DNA of 64,000 nucleotides from an uncultured Verrucomicrobiota bacterium (GTDB lineage Bacteria; Auribacterota; JABMQX01): NCBI GenBank assembly GCA_964482435.1, contig CAYZXL010000006.1, positions 64,661 to 128,660 of the forward strand, read 5' to 3'. Shown piece by piece: positions 1 to 8,353 of this stretch (position 1 is its first letter; each line of letters starts with the position of its first letter). The notes under the pieces were generated by a model. It saw only the letters and a program-made list of their open reading frames with translations, ran no database searches and was not told where the DNA came from. The position numbers and the translations under genes were made by a program.

Positions 1-333
1 AGGCCACAGTTCAAATACGGCAACCTGGATTTCTTTCCGATTCCCATGAGGGCGGTGATTTCTGCAGGCGGGATGCGGATGGAGTTGGAGGTTAAGAACC
101 TCTCCAGGGGGAGAATAGCAAAGGATGTCTTTGAAATCCCGTCCGGTTATAAGCAGGAGAAGAGCCAGCACGCAGACGCGGGCCCGAGTAACCTGCCCAG
201 CTACGGCCCCCAAGGACAGCCTCCCTCGGAACCTCGCATGATTATCGTCAAGCCCACCAGGACCTCGACCCCGCAGCAAACCACAACGCGCCGCCCAACC
301 ACCGTGCGCACTCCCCAGCGAACAAGTACCTGA
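1..333 (+). CDS. 3' end of a gene that runs in from upstream of the window; hypothetical protein with a Pro/Thr/Gln-rich low-complexity C-terminal tail
   Basis: Frame 1 is open from nt 1 to the TGA at 331-333 (…DVFEIPSGYKQEK…PTRTSTPQQTTTRRPTTVRTPQRTST*). I recognise no family. Confidence 0.3.
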   Translation, partial: RPQFKYGNLDFFPIPMRAVISAGGMRMELEVKNLSRGRIAKDVFEIPSGYKQEKSQHADAGPSNLPSYGPQGQPPSEPRMIIVKPTRTSTPQQTTTRRPTTVRTPQRTST

Positions 334-391
334 CCCAACAGAAGGTAACCCTGCCGGAGGCAGGGCATCAACACCGATCCTACCGCAAGGC

Positions 392-1636
392 TTGCGAGCC
401 TTCCCAGAGCCAATGCTTGCTCCCCACCTTCGCGAACGCGATGGCGTATCCTCCCGTTCCACGCGCGCCTCCGCAGATGAAGGGAAAGGACCACGTGGAG
501 GCGAGAGCAGGTGGATGCGGGGAGCAACGGTCAGCAACGGAATCGTGACGAACTTTACGCCTGCGGAGACGAAGAGGTACGTCTATCTCGGCGGGTCCGG
601 AATAAGAGAGCTGGATAATACCTCTCCTCCCAACGCGCTGAAAGAATACGTTAGGTGTGGCTCTAACCTGGTGGCATGGGCATCTTGCCAATGTCAGTGC
701 GTCACGACATTGCTCACGGGCGAGACGCCCGTGCCACGAGAGGTCGGCGTCCCCGTGACGGCAGGGGTCGAGCCTGTGAATCTGCCGCTGACTCGGAGCC
801 TCACCCAGTACGTCAGGGGGCTTGACTTAGGAGGGGGGATCGGAGGTATCATTTATCAGAAGAAAGGGATGGATTATTATTACTACCACTACAACCACAA
901 GGGGGACGTGGTGGCTCTGACGGATGGAACTGGGAAGCTCGCAGCCTATTACGAGTACGATGCGTGGGGGAATACGATGACCCAAGCCCGAAAGAGCGGC
1001 GTGGACAACCCGTACCGCTACTCGACGAAGGAATGGGACGAGAAGTCCGGCCTCTCCTACTTCGGCGCCCGGTACTACTCCCCCGAAATCGGAAGATGGA
1101 CCCAGAGGGACCCACTGGGGGAGGTGGACGGGCTGAACCTATACGCGTACTGCAAAGCGGATCCAGCGGGGCGGCTTGACCCGCTCGGGCTGCAGTTCAT
1201 GCCGCCGATAATATTCACGCCCTCCGAGGACCTTGCGTTCCCGGACGCGAGGTACAGGCCGGCGCCGGGCCCGGAGCGTGAGGCGAGCAAGCGATGGTGC
1301 CTGGCACGATTCGAGACGTGCCTTGGGAACTGCATTGATGCCAATAGACTCGACCTGAATGAGTTTCTCGACTGGTGGGGCATCATCCAGGTCGGAGGCA
1401 ACCTGGTCTTCGGGGAGAAGGCGACACATTTGGGAAGAGGACAGCCCCTCACGAACTGGCAGCACAAGCTCTTCTGGTGGATCGGGCGAAGGATGGGCTG
1501 GGGTGAGGGGTTCATTCGTGTAGGGAGGGTGATCGGCAAGTGGGGCGTTGCGGCAACGGTTCTCGAGGGATGGTTTAAGCTCGGCGTGGAGCTGTACTGC
1601 GCCGGGGTGTGTGCCATCGATCCCGACGCTTTTTAG
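392..1636 (+). CDS. RHS/YD-repeat C-terminal cassette 1: the last YD repeats, the RHS repeat-associated core (…DNPYRYSTKEWDEKSGLSYFGARYYSPEIGRWTQRDPLGEVDGLNLYAYCKADPAGRLDPLGL) and a ~145-aa Trp/Gly-rich C-terminal domain that is probably the toxin
   Basis: The translation contains KRYVYLGGSGIRELD…TQYVRGLDLGGGIGGII…YYYYHYNHKGDVVALTDGTGKLAAYYEYDAWGN. This is the canonical RHS shell and core ending in the DPxGL cleavage motif. A variable tail follows. The ORF-track start is a TTG at 392. An ATG at 869 with an upstream GAAAGGG sits at the point where the homology to cassette 3 begins. The true start is uncertain, and the ORF may be the 3' part of a larger decayed rhs gene. Confidence 0.6.
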   Translation: MRAFPEPMLAPHLRERDGVSSRSTRASADEGKGPRGGESRWMRGATVSNGIVTNFTPAETKRYVYLGGSGIRELDNTSPPNALKEYVRCGSNLVAWASCQCQCVTTLLTGETPVPREVGVPVTAGVEPVNLPLTRSLTQYVRGLDLGGGIGGIIYQKKGMDYYYYHYNHKGDVVALTDGTGKLAAYYEYDAWGNTMTQARKSGVDNPYRYSTKEWDEKSGLSYFGARYYSPEIGRWTQRDPLGEVDGLNLYAYCKADPAGRLDPLGLQFMPPIIFTPSEDLAFPDARYRPAPGPEREASKRWCLARFETCLGNCIDANRLDLNEFLDWWGIIQVGGNLVFGEKATHLGRGQPLTNWQHKLFWWIGRRMGWGEGFIRVGRVIGKWGVAATVLEGWFKLGVELYCAGVCAIDPDAF

Positions 1637-1701
1637 GCCGAAAACCAGTGGAGACCGGTGAGGGCTGCGCGTCTGCGGCCCAGTTCAAGGGAACTCGGTT
1701 C

Positions 1702-2241
1702 ATGGCCGTGATCGAATTCCTCGCTCTCAGCGTTGCGCGGGTGCGGGCCGCCTTGTTGGTCGCGCCCGTCACAAGTGCCGACCCTCCGGTTATCGTGAGA
1801 GTGATATTGCTTGTGGCCTTCGTAGCGGTCCCGGTGCTGGCGGCAGTCCTGTGGTCCTGGCAGGCGAGACGCGGAAGGCTGGCAAGGGTTAGCACGCGCC
1901 AATCGCTGTCGCCTCGGGCTTTCTTCGATGAGTACTACGGCGATTCCGCCCTCGGTTCTGAGGAAGTGGGGGCGGCCATAAAGGAGGTTTCCGCCGTTTT
2001 GGGAGTTCCGGCAGGCGTCATTAGACCGTCCGACCGCTTTGACACTGAGCTCGCGCCCGCGCGCGGGTGGGAGTTTGATGATAGCGCCATTGAGCTTGCT
2101 TGGCGCCTGGAGCTAATGGCGAAGGAACGAGGCGTGTCGGTGGATTTGGTGCACATTCGGACCGTAGATGACTTCGTCCGGTGCTACTGCCGCCTGTTGC
2201 CAAGGGTGCCAAGCGCTGAAGAGGAGCCTGTTGGAATGTGA
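1702..2241 (+). CDS. putative immunity protein for cassette 1: two N-terminal TM helices plus a soluble C-terminal domain
   Basis: It lies immediately downstream of the cassette 1 toxin domain. The ATG at 1702 gives MAVIEFLALSVARVRAALLVAPV…ILLVAFVAVPVLAAVLWSW, which has two hydrophobic helices. There is no recognisable family. The call rests on position and composition. Confidence 0.4.
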   Translation: MAVIEFLALSVARVRAALLVAPVTSADPPVIVRVILLVAFVAVPVLAAVLWSWQARRGRLARVSTRQSLSPRAFFDEYYGDSALGSEEVGAAIKEVSAVLGVPAGVIRPSDRFDTELAPARGWEFDDSAIELAWRLELMAKERGVSVDLVHIRTVDDFVRCYCRLLPRVPSAEEEPVGM

Positions 2242-2371
2242 GTCTCGCGCGCGCGGTCGGCAGGAGGGCCGCGGAGGCCGAAGTCGGCGAAATTGCGGAA
2301 CGCGGCCTGGTTGGAACGCGAGGCAGTTGGGCTCAGGCAATGGTTTCGCACTGTGTCGCGCGAAAGGTGAG

Positions 2372-3127
2372 ATGAGTAATTCTGAGTCGGTTCTGAGTCG
2401 GTTCCTTACGAGCGGCGTGGAGAATCCGTACCGCTACTCGACGAAGGAATGGGACGAGAAGTCCGGCCTTTACTACTTCGGCTTCCGCTACTACTCCCCC
2501 GAAATCGGAAGATGGACCCAGAGAGAGCTTCTCAGGGGGGTAGATGGCCCGAACATGTACGGTTATGTCCGGAACCAGCCAACTAATCTTATCGATGCCC
2601 TCGGGATATACGGCCAGGCGACCCACGAGGACCTAACCGTGATGTTGGCGGAGCACGCGGGTTTCTCGGCAGAGCTGGCCGGGCAGGTAGGCAGGTGCAA
2701 CCAGGCGGTGGACGAGAAGTGGCCGGCCGCCGGCAGCCGCACCTGGTTCGAAGCCTATCACTTCCCATCTCGGAAACAGTTGGAGACTCTCGGGTCAAAA
2801 GCATTTGGTGATTGCGATCCGTGCGCGCTGGGAGTATATCTCCATGCCCTCCAAGACTCGTACGCCCACGCGGGATTCGGAGGGTGGTCGGGCCACGCTG
2901 AGTGGCCTTGGGCAGACCGCATGGGGCTGTATCCTGAGAAGGCGTATACGATGGCTCTGCACACGTATAGTGAGCTGTACCAATTTGCCAAAACATGCCG
3001 TTGCAAGGCCGGGCTTGAAGGCCGCATCGGAGAGCCAGAAAGGTGGTCCTCCTTCAGCTGGCAGGTGCGGCGCGCCATTCGGGAGGACACTCCGTTCGCC
3101 TTCTTCCCGGGAATGATACTGCCATAG
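2372..3127 (+). CDS. RHS C-terminal cassette 2: a truncated RHS core (GVENPYRYSTKEWDEKSGLYYFGFRYYSPEIGRWTQRELLRGVDGPNMYGYVRNQPTNLIDALG) plus a distinct ~200-aa C-terminal domain of unknown family
   Basis: It has its own ATG at 2372, preceded by AAGGTGA. The RHS core is conserved. The tail (…YLHALQDSYAHAGFGGWSGHAEWPW…) is unrelated to the tail of cassette 1. Confidence 0.55.
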   Translation: MSNSESVLSRFLTSGVENPYRYSTKEWDEKSGLYYFGFRYYSPEIGRWTQRELLRGVDGPNMYGYVRNQPTNLIDALGIYGQATHEDLTVMLAEHAGFSAELAGQVGRCNQAVDEKWPAAGSRTWFEAYHFPSRKQLETLGSKAFGDCDPCALGVYLHALQDSYAHAGFGGWSGHAEWPWADRMGLYPEKAYTMALHTYSELYQFAKTCRCKAGLEGRIGEPERWSSFSWQVRRAIREDTPFAFFPGMILP

Positions 3128-3142
3128 CGGGGCAGACGGTCT

Positions 3143-3895
3143 ATGGACCCAAAGGTGCAGAAGGAACCCGTCCAAACTTGGACCGTGCCGGGCACCGCAG
3201 CTCGGGCTTGTGCTACGCTTTGGTACTTTAGCGTTAGCATCCTCGTTACTTACGCTACTTACGCCACGGCGGAGCGTAGCCGCGGGCTTGTTGCCTCGGC
3301 TCTACCAGCAGCGCTAGTGGTCTTCTATTTCGCAGGCTGGCGCGGTTCGCGCGTTCTTGCGGCGCTGCGGGGGCTTGAGGCCCGAGGTGCCTTCTGGAAG
3401 AAGCACTGGTGTGCGGCGCACGTAGGAGCCGCGGGCGGCTTCTTGTGGCTTGGGTGCTTCGTCCTCGGAACGCGGTCTCCGTCCTTCCTGCCTTTGTATG
3501 TGTTCTTCTTGCCCCTGTATGTCTGGCACGCGTGGAACCCCGGAATGGTCGCGCTGGCCGACTACGTTTGGCTGCTCGTTGGCGTAAATGGCGTGTACGT
3601 TGCGGTCGGAGCTTTGGCGGACGCGGTCCGCCGGACGACAAACCCACATCGCCGCGGGGCCCTTCTGCTCTCGGCCGGGGCCTTAATCTCTATGTTCATG
3701 GCTGCCTTCGTGGCGCGCTCGAGACAGCCCGACCCCAGCCGGCTCTATCCCTCAAGTACGGAGCTCTCGGCCGTGGTTGCACTCTACTCCGTGCTCGCGG
3801 GCGCCCTGGTGGCTCTGGCGGTCGGCACTTGGTGGCGTGGGTGCGGAAAACATCGGCATATCGACAGAGGTCCACATGCCGACCTTGGAGGGTGA
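3143..3895 (+). CDS. putative immunity protein for cassette 2: polytopic membrane protein of ~250 aa
   Basis: The ORF lies directly after cassette 2. It has several hydrophobic segments: ILVTYATYA; ALPAALVVFYFAGW; GGFLWLGCFVLG; LPLYVFFLPLYVW; VWLLVGVNGVYVAVGAL; LLLSAGALISMFMAAFV; AVVALYSVLAGALVALAV. GC3 is lower than in its neighbours. There is no family match. The call is positional. Confidence 0.35.
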   Translation: MDPKVQKEPVQTWTVPGTAARACATLWYFSVSILVTYATYATAERSRGLVASALPAALVVFYFAGWRGSRVLAALRGLEARGAFWKKHWCAAHVGAAGGFLWLGCFVLGTRSPSFLPLYVFFLPLYVWHAWNPGMVALADYVWLLVGVNGVYVAVGALADAVRRTTNPHRRGALLLSAGALISMFMAAFVARSRQPDPSRLYPSSTELSAVVALYSVLAGALVALAVGTWWRGCGKHRHIDRGPHADLGG

Positions 3896-4249
3896 GGTAT
3901 CGGTTACCAGAAGAAAGGGGCGGATTATTACTACTACCACTACAACCACAAGGGGGACGTGGTGGCTCTGACGGACGGAAATGGGAAGCTCGCCGCCTTC
4001 TACGAATACGATGCTTGGGGAAACGTGATGACCCAAGCCGAAAAGACTGGTGTGGACAACCCGTACCGCTACTCGACGAAAGAATGGGACGAGAAATCGG
4101 GTCTCTATTACTTCGGCTTCCGCTACTACTCCCCCGAAATCGGAAGGTGGACGCAAAGAGACCGCCACGGAGTTGGCAGCGGTCTGAACCTCTACGCGTA
4201 CGTGGGTGGCGAGCCGGTTTCCACGTTGGACACCTGCCGGACGTGGTAG
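3896..4249 (+). pseudogene. RHS cassette 3 remnant: RHS core only, with no toxin tail (…DNPYRYSTKEWDEKSGLYYFGFRYYSPEIGRWTQRDRHGVGSGLNLYAYVGGEPVSTLDTCRTW*)
   Basis: The segment is about 85-90% identical at nucleotide level to cassette 1 at 838-1180. It begins immediately after the TGA of the preceding ORF, in the same frame. The ATG of cassette 1 is GCG here. The ORF ends 5 aa after the core. The convergent smc stop is ~100 bp away. Confidence 0.45.
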
Positions 4250-4351
4250 GGGGCTGCTCTTCGGCCGCGCCCAAGACCCCCGTTGCGGGGCCGCCCGCGC
4301 CGCGACTGCGGACGGAATCACCCGTTCTTCTCCGTGCGCGAACCTGACTTC

Positions 4352-7300
4352 TCAGTTAGAGGCCGGCGCCACGGCTGCTTCGGCCGAAAATTCCGGGGAA
4401 GCCTCCGCTCGCCGTACGGAAGCTTCCCCTCTCCCCCGGGTCAACTTTGCGGAAACCACCTTGGATTTTCCGCTTTCCTCCATGGTGATGCCATAGAGGA
4501 CGTCGGAGGCGGCAATGGTTCTCTTGTTGTGGGTGATGATGATGAATTGAGAGTTCCGGGCGAACTCGCGGAGAACCTCGGCGAACCGCATGATGTTGGA
4601 GTCGTCGAGCGGCGCGTCAATCTCGTCGAGAATGCAAAACGGGCTTGGCTTGACTTTGAAAATGGCGAAAAGGAGGCTGATGGCGGTCATAGCTCGCTCA
4701 CCGCCGGAGAGAAGAGAAATGCTCTGAAGCTTCTTGCCGGGCGGGCGGGCGATGATTTCGATTCCGCTTTCTAAGATGTCGGATTCGTCCACGAGAACGA
4801 GGTCGGCCCTTCCACCGCCGAAAAGGCGCTGGAACATGGTCTGGAATTCTTCGCGGATTTTCTCGAATGTGTCGCGGAAAAGGACTTTGCTTTCGCGGTC
4901 GAGCCTTGCGATGGCTTTGTGGAGAGATTCCCTCGCCTCAACCATATCCGACTGCTGAGCAGTGAGGAAATCGTAGCGGTTCTTGAGAGTCTCGTATTCT
5001 TCGATGGCGCAGAGGTTGACGGGTCCCATGAGCTGGAGCTTTTGCTTCAGGTCGCCAACCCTCTCCTGGATTTGCCGCCAGTCCGTTTCGTCGGGAAGTG
5101 GAACGGCTTTCGGGTCATCGTGCCTCAAGGCGTATTCGGCCATGAGGCGCTCGTCAATGCTGTTCATCGAGAACCGAATTTCAGTGAGCTTGAGATCGAG
5201 GGCGGAGATTTCTTTTTCGCGCTCGTGGGCGGCGTTGGTCTTCTCCTTTATTTCCCACTCGAGCTGAGTGAGTTCGTCAACGAAGGCTCTTCTTTTCTCG
5301 TCGAGCTTTTCGATGGCGGTAGTGACTTCGTCTTTTTGGGTGGTGAGGGAGGCGATCGCTTTTCGGCACTCCTCGACTTCCCTGAGGAGGTTGCTGATCT
5401 GGGTTTTTCCTTGCTCGGTCTGGCGCGCGCGGCTTTCGACTTCCCTTTCGGTGAGGTCGAGTTGCCCACGCATATACTCCATTTCGTTCTGAAGGTTGGC
5501 GATTCGCTCGTCATAGGAACCTTTAGCAAGAGCGATTTCCGCGACGTCTCTCTTGATGGAGGCGACATCCTTCTCGGCACTGTCAACCGTCGCGCCGGCG
5601 AAGGAAATCGCCCGTTCCAACTCGGCATGCTGGTCGCCGACGACACGATTCTCCTCGCCGAGAGATTTCCTCTGATCTTCGAGGCGCTTCTGTTCGGACT
5701 CGGTCTGGTTTTCCCGTGCGGTCGTTTCGTTTGCCTGGCCGGTGAGGGATTGAACGGCGGCAGAAAGGTCGAGCAAATCTCTTCCTGCTATTGCGAGTCG
5801 TTCCTCGGTCCTGGAGATGAGGGCGGTCTGCTCTTCGGACTTTTCCGTGAGGCTTTTCACGGCCTCAATGGAGTTGTTTTCCCGTGCGCGGAGGTCGTTA
5901 AGCATTTCTCGTTGTTTTTCTTCCTCGGCGGCGAGGGCGGCGATGCGCGATTTCCTGCCCATGAAGCCGGGCGATGAACTGGACACTTTTCCGGCGGTGA
6001 GGACGAACCCTTTCTCGAGTTTCTCGCCGGAGGGGGCAACGAACGTCAGAGCAGAATTGCTCTCCGCGGCTAACGCCACGGCCTGTTCCAGGTCGGCAAC
6101 AAGGACGGTGTCACCGAGCAAGTATTCCACGGCTTTCTGATAACGCGGCTCGAAGGAAACGGCGTCCAGGAGAGGCGGGAAGACGGAGCCCTTTTCGTCC
6201 GAAAGGTTTCGGGCGGCATCTCTCGCTCCGTTGCCGTCGCGCACTACATCAAGGGGCAGAAAGGTGGCTCTTCCACGGGCTTTGTCCCGGAGAAACCCGG
6301 CAGCCCTCTTAGCGTCCTCGGTTGTCTCGGTGAGAATCCACTGAACCCGATTGTCCAGGGCGGCTTCGACAATGGCCTCATGTCCCGGCGAGACATCGAG
6401 AACGTCCGCGACTGTGCCGACGATTCCGGTCAGTTGTGACTTTTTGCGGTGCGACTCCTGAATGACCGACTGAACGCCGGCGTCATAGCCCTCGTGTCGC
6501 TCGACAGCCTCAGCGAGAAACCGTCGCTCGGAACCAATGCCCGAAACCGCAGCCTCTGCCCGGAAAATCTCCGTGCGGATGTTCTGTAGGCCGTCCTGAG
6601 TCTCCTTCAGGCCGGCGCGAAGAGCAGCAAGTTCGTCCTTTTCACTGCGGAGTTGCAGACTAAGAGCTTCCTTGTTCTGCTGGCGTGCGTGGTGTTCCTG
6701 TTCCTTCTGCTGAAGCGCCGCAAGGGTCTCACCTTTCTGACGGCGAAGCGTGGCGAGCGTTTGTTCGTTGTGGCCGTGCCTCTCGTTGAGAGAAGAAAGG
6801 CTGGCGCGGATTTCGGTCTCTCGTCGAATGACATCAAGGAGCCGACCGGATAGGTCTCCTGACTTCGCCTCGGATTTGCGGAGTTGTGCGAGTGTTCCTT
6901 CCAGTTCGTCTTCTCTCTTTTTGAGTCTTTCAGTGCAATTTGCCCGGTCCTGACAGAGCTTGTCCAGGCTCTTCTGCTTTTCGCTTATCGCGCTGCGGAG
7001 GGCTGCGGCTTTCTGCTGCATTCCCCTGATTTCTGCCGAAACGTTTTCGGCGAGGGAACGCGTATCTGCGATTCGCTGCTCGTGGAGGGAGATGTTTCCC
7101 GATTCGCGGTCAATGCTCCTCAGGAGGTCGAGCTTTCTGGACTGCAATTCCTCGTGCCGCAACTGGGAGCTCTGAAGCTCCGCCCGTGCCTGGCGGGCGC
7201 GCGCCTCCCGCTCCTCGACCTCCGCAGCCAGTCTCCGGATGACCTCCTGGACCGCATCGCGTTCCTTCTCCAGCGACTTCATCTCCTTAGCAAACTGAGC

Positions 7301-8002
7301 CCGTTTGTGAAGGAGAAACCCCACCTCGAGGCCCTGGAGCTCATCGGCAAGTTCTTTGTACCGGTGGGCCTTTCCGGCATGGCGCTGAATGGAAATGATT
7401 TGCCTTTTGACCTCGCGTATCAGGTCGCCGAGGCGCAGGAGATTGCTTTCGGTTCCTTCCAGCCTTCGGAGTGCTTCCTTCTTCTCCGCCTTGTATTTGC
7501 TGATGCCGGCGGTCTCGTCGAAGAGGAATCTTCGGTCCTCAGGCCTGGAGCTGAGGATGAGTTCGATGCTGCCCTGCTGGACGTAGGAATAGGACTGAGT
7601 GCCTAATCCGGTGTCCATGAAGACCTTATGGACGTCTTTGAGACGGCAGGGTTGCTTGTTGAGGAAATACTGGCTTTCGCCGGAACGAAACAGACGGCGG
7701 GAAACGGTTACCTCGTTTCGCTGACCGTCGGTCAAGCCCTTCGCGTTGCCCAGCGTCAGATGGACCTCCGCCATCCCCAGCGGGTCCAGTTTAGCCGAGC
7801 CGGCGAAGATCAGGTCCTCCATAAGACCCCCGCGCAGAGACCTAGCGCTTTGCTCGCCGAGGACCCACCGAATGGCGTCGGAGACGTTGCTCTTGCCGCA
7901 GCCGTTCGGGCCGACAATCGCAGTAATGCCCGGCTCAAACCCGATTACCGTTCGCTCGGCGAAGGACTTGAACCCGACAAGTTCAAGACATTTGAAGTAC
8001 AC
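4352..8002 (-). CDS. smc: chromosome segregation protein SMC
   Basis: The N-terminus MYFKCLELVGFKSFAERTVIGFEPGITAIVGPNGCGKSNVSDAIRWVLGEQSARSLRG has a Walker A motif. The protein is 1,216 aa with long coiled coils and a hinge. The C-terminal part has the LSGGE signature, Walker B and a D-loop. Confidence 0.95.
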   Translation of the reverse strand: MYFKCLELVGFKSFAERTVIGFEPGITAIVGPNGCGKSNVSDAIRWVLGEQSARSLRGGLMEDLIFAGSAKLDPLGMAEVHLTLGNAKGLTDGQRNEVTVSRRLFRSGESQYFLNKQPCRLKDVHKVFMDTGLGTQSYSYVQQGSIELILSSRPEDRRFLFDETAGISKYKAEKKEALRRLEGTESNLLRLGDLIREVKRQIISIQRHAGKAHRYKELADELQGLEVGFLLHKRAQFAKEMKSLEKERDAVQEVIRRLAAEVEEREARARQARAELQSSQLRHEELQSRKLDLLRSIDRESGNISLHEQRIADTRSLAENVSAEIRGMQQKAAALRSAISEKQKSLDKLCQDRANCTERLKKREDELEGTLAQLRKSEAKSGDLSGRLLDVIRRETEIRASLSSLNERHGHNEQTLATLRRQKGETLAALQQKEQEHHARQQNKEALSLQLRSEKDELAALRAGLKETQDGLQNIRTEIFRAEAAVSGIGSERRFLAEAVERHEGYDAGVQSVIQESHRKKSQLTGIVGTVADVLDVSPGHEAIVEAALDNRVQWILTETTEDAKRAAGFLRDKARGRATFLPLDVVRDGNGARDAARNLSDEKGSVFPPLLDAVSFEPRYQKAVEYLLGDTVLVADLEQAVALAAESNSALTFVAPSGEKLEKGFVLTAGKVSSSSPGFMGRKSRIAALAAEEEKQREMLNDLRARENNSIEAVKSLTEKSEEQTALISRTEERLAIAGRDLLDLSAAVQSLTGQANETTARENQTESEQKRLEDQRKSLGEENRVVGDQHAELERAISFAGATVDSAEKDVASIKRDVAEIALAKGSYDERIANLQNEMEYMRGQLDLTEREVESRARQTEQGKTQISNLLREVEECRKAIASLTTQKDEVTTAIEKLDEKRRAFVDELTQLEWEIKEKTNAAHEREKEISALDLKLTEIRFSMNSIDERLMAEYALRHDDPKAVPLPDETDWRQIQERVGDLKQKLQLMGPVNLCAIEEYETLKNRYDFLTAQQSDMVEARESLHKAIARLDRESKVLFRDTFEKIREEFQTMFQRLFGGGRADLVLVDESDILESGIEIIARPPGKKLQSISLLSGGERAMTAISLLFAIFKVKPSPFCILDEIDAPLDDSNIMRFAEVLREFARNSQFIIITHNKRTIAASDVLYGITMEESGKSKVVSAKLTRGRGEASVRRAEASPEFSAEAAVAPASN

Positions 8003-8156
8003 TCTCTATCCTCCTGCGAGTAGAGAGTGGCACTTCACCCTCTGGTCGAGCCGACAATATACCTCAAGCGACGCTTTTTGTAAACAAAAAAATCAGGGTT
8101 TTCGATAACCTCTCACTTATTGGCGGCGGAAGTCGGAAGGAAGAAGCCAGAAGTTA

Positions 8157-8242
8157 GACAGGATAACAGGATGGACCGGATAATCCTGAGAATCCTGTTA
8201 ATCCTGTCCGAGATCCCTCTGCGGTCTCTGCGTCCTCTGCGG
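8157..8242. promoter_or_regulatory. operator-like element in the smc upstream region: an inverted repeat GACAGGATAACAGGAT-N18-ATCCTGTTAATCCTGTC made of CAGGAT/ATCCTG half-sites (two on the left arm, three on the right), followed by 3 tandem copies of the 9-mer CCTCTGCGG/TCTCTGCGT
   Basis: Read directly from the sequence at 8157-8174, 8193-8209 and 8214-8242. It lies 150-240 bp upstream of the smc start on the opposite strand. Confidence 0.3.
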
Positions 8243-8353
8243 TGAGTCCCCCCAAGACTGAGGCCCTACGGCTTTTGTATTCGCCGCTCCAGTCTCGCGG
8301 CGTACCGTTGGCGACAGTGACTTTCCGGAACCGGTATCCAGGCCCGGGGAAGA

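Noticed and set aside
2735-2760. tRNA-like T-loop string ggttcgaagcc
   Set aside because: It lies inside the cassette 2 coding sequence. There is no acceptor-stem or anticodon-arm context. I found no convincing tRNA anywhere in the window.
3409-4347. 312-aa plus-strand ORF spanning immunity gene 2 and cassette 3
   Set aside because: It is an alternative frame with an Arg/Pro/Gly-rich junk composition. RHS homology is unambiguous in the other frame.
4250-4351. Small hairpin CCCCG-TTG-CGGGG between the convergent RHS remnant and smc
   Set aside because: The stem is short and no T-run follows on either strand. It is insufficient to call a bidirectional terminator.
4919-5977. 352-aa plus-strand ORF, together with other ORFs of 100-240 aa on the plus strand
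   Set aside because: They lie inside smc, antisense to it, and they are low-complexity.
8214-8242. Possible CRISPR-like short repeats
   Set aside because: The units are 9 bp with no spacers, at most 3 copies per site, and there are no cas genes. They are reported instead as a dispersed short tandem repeat family.
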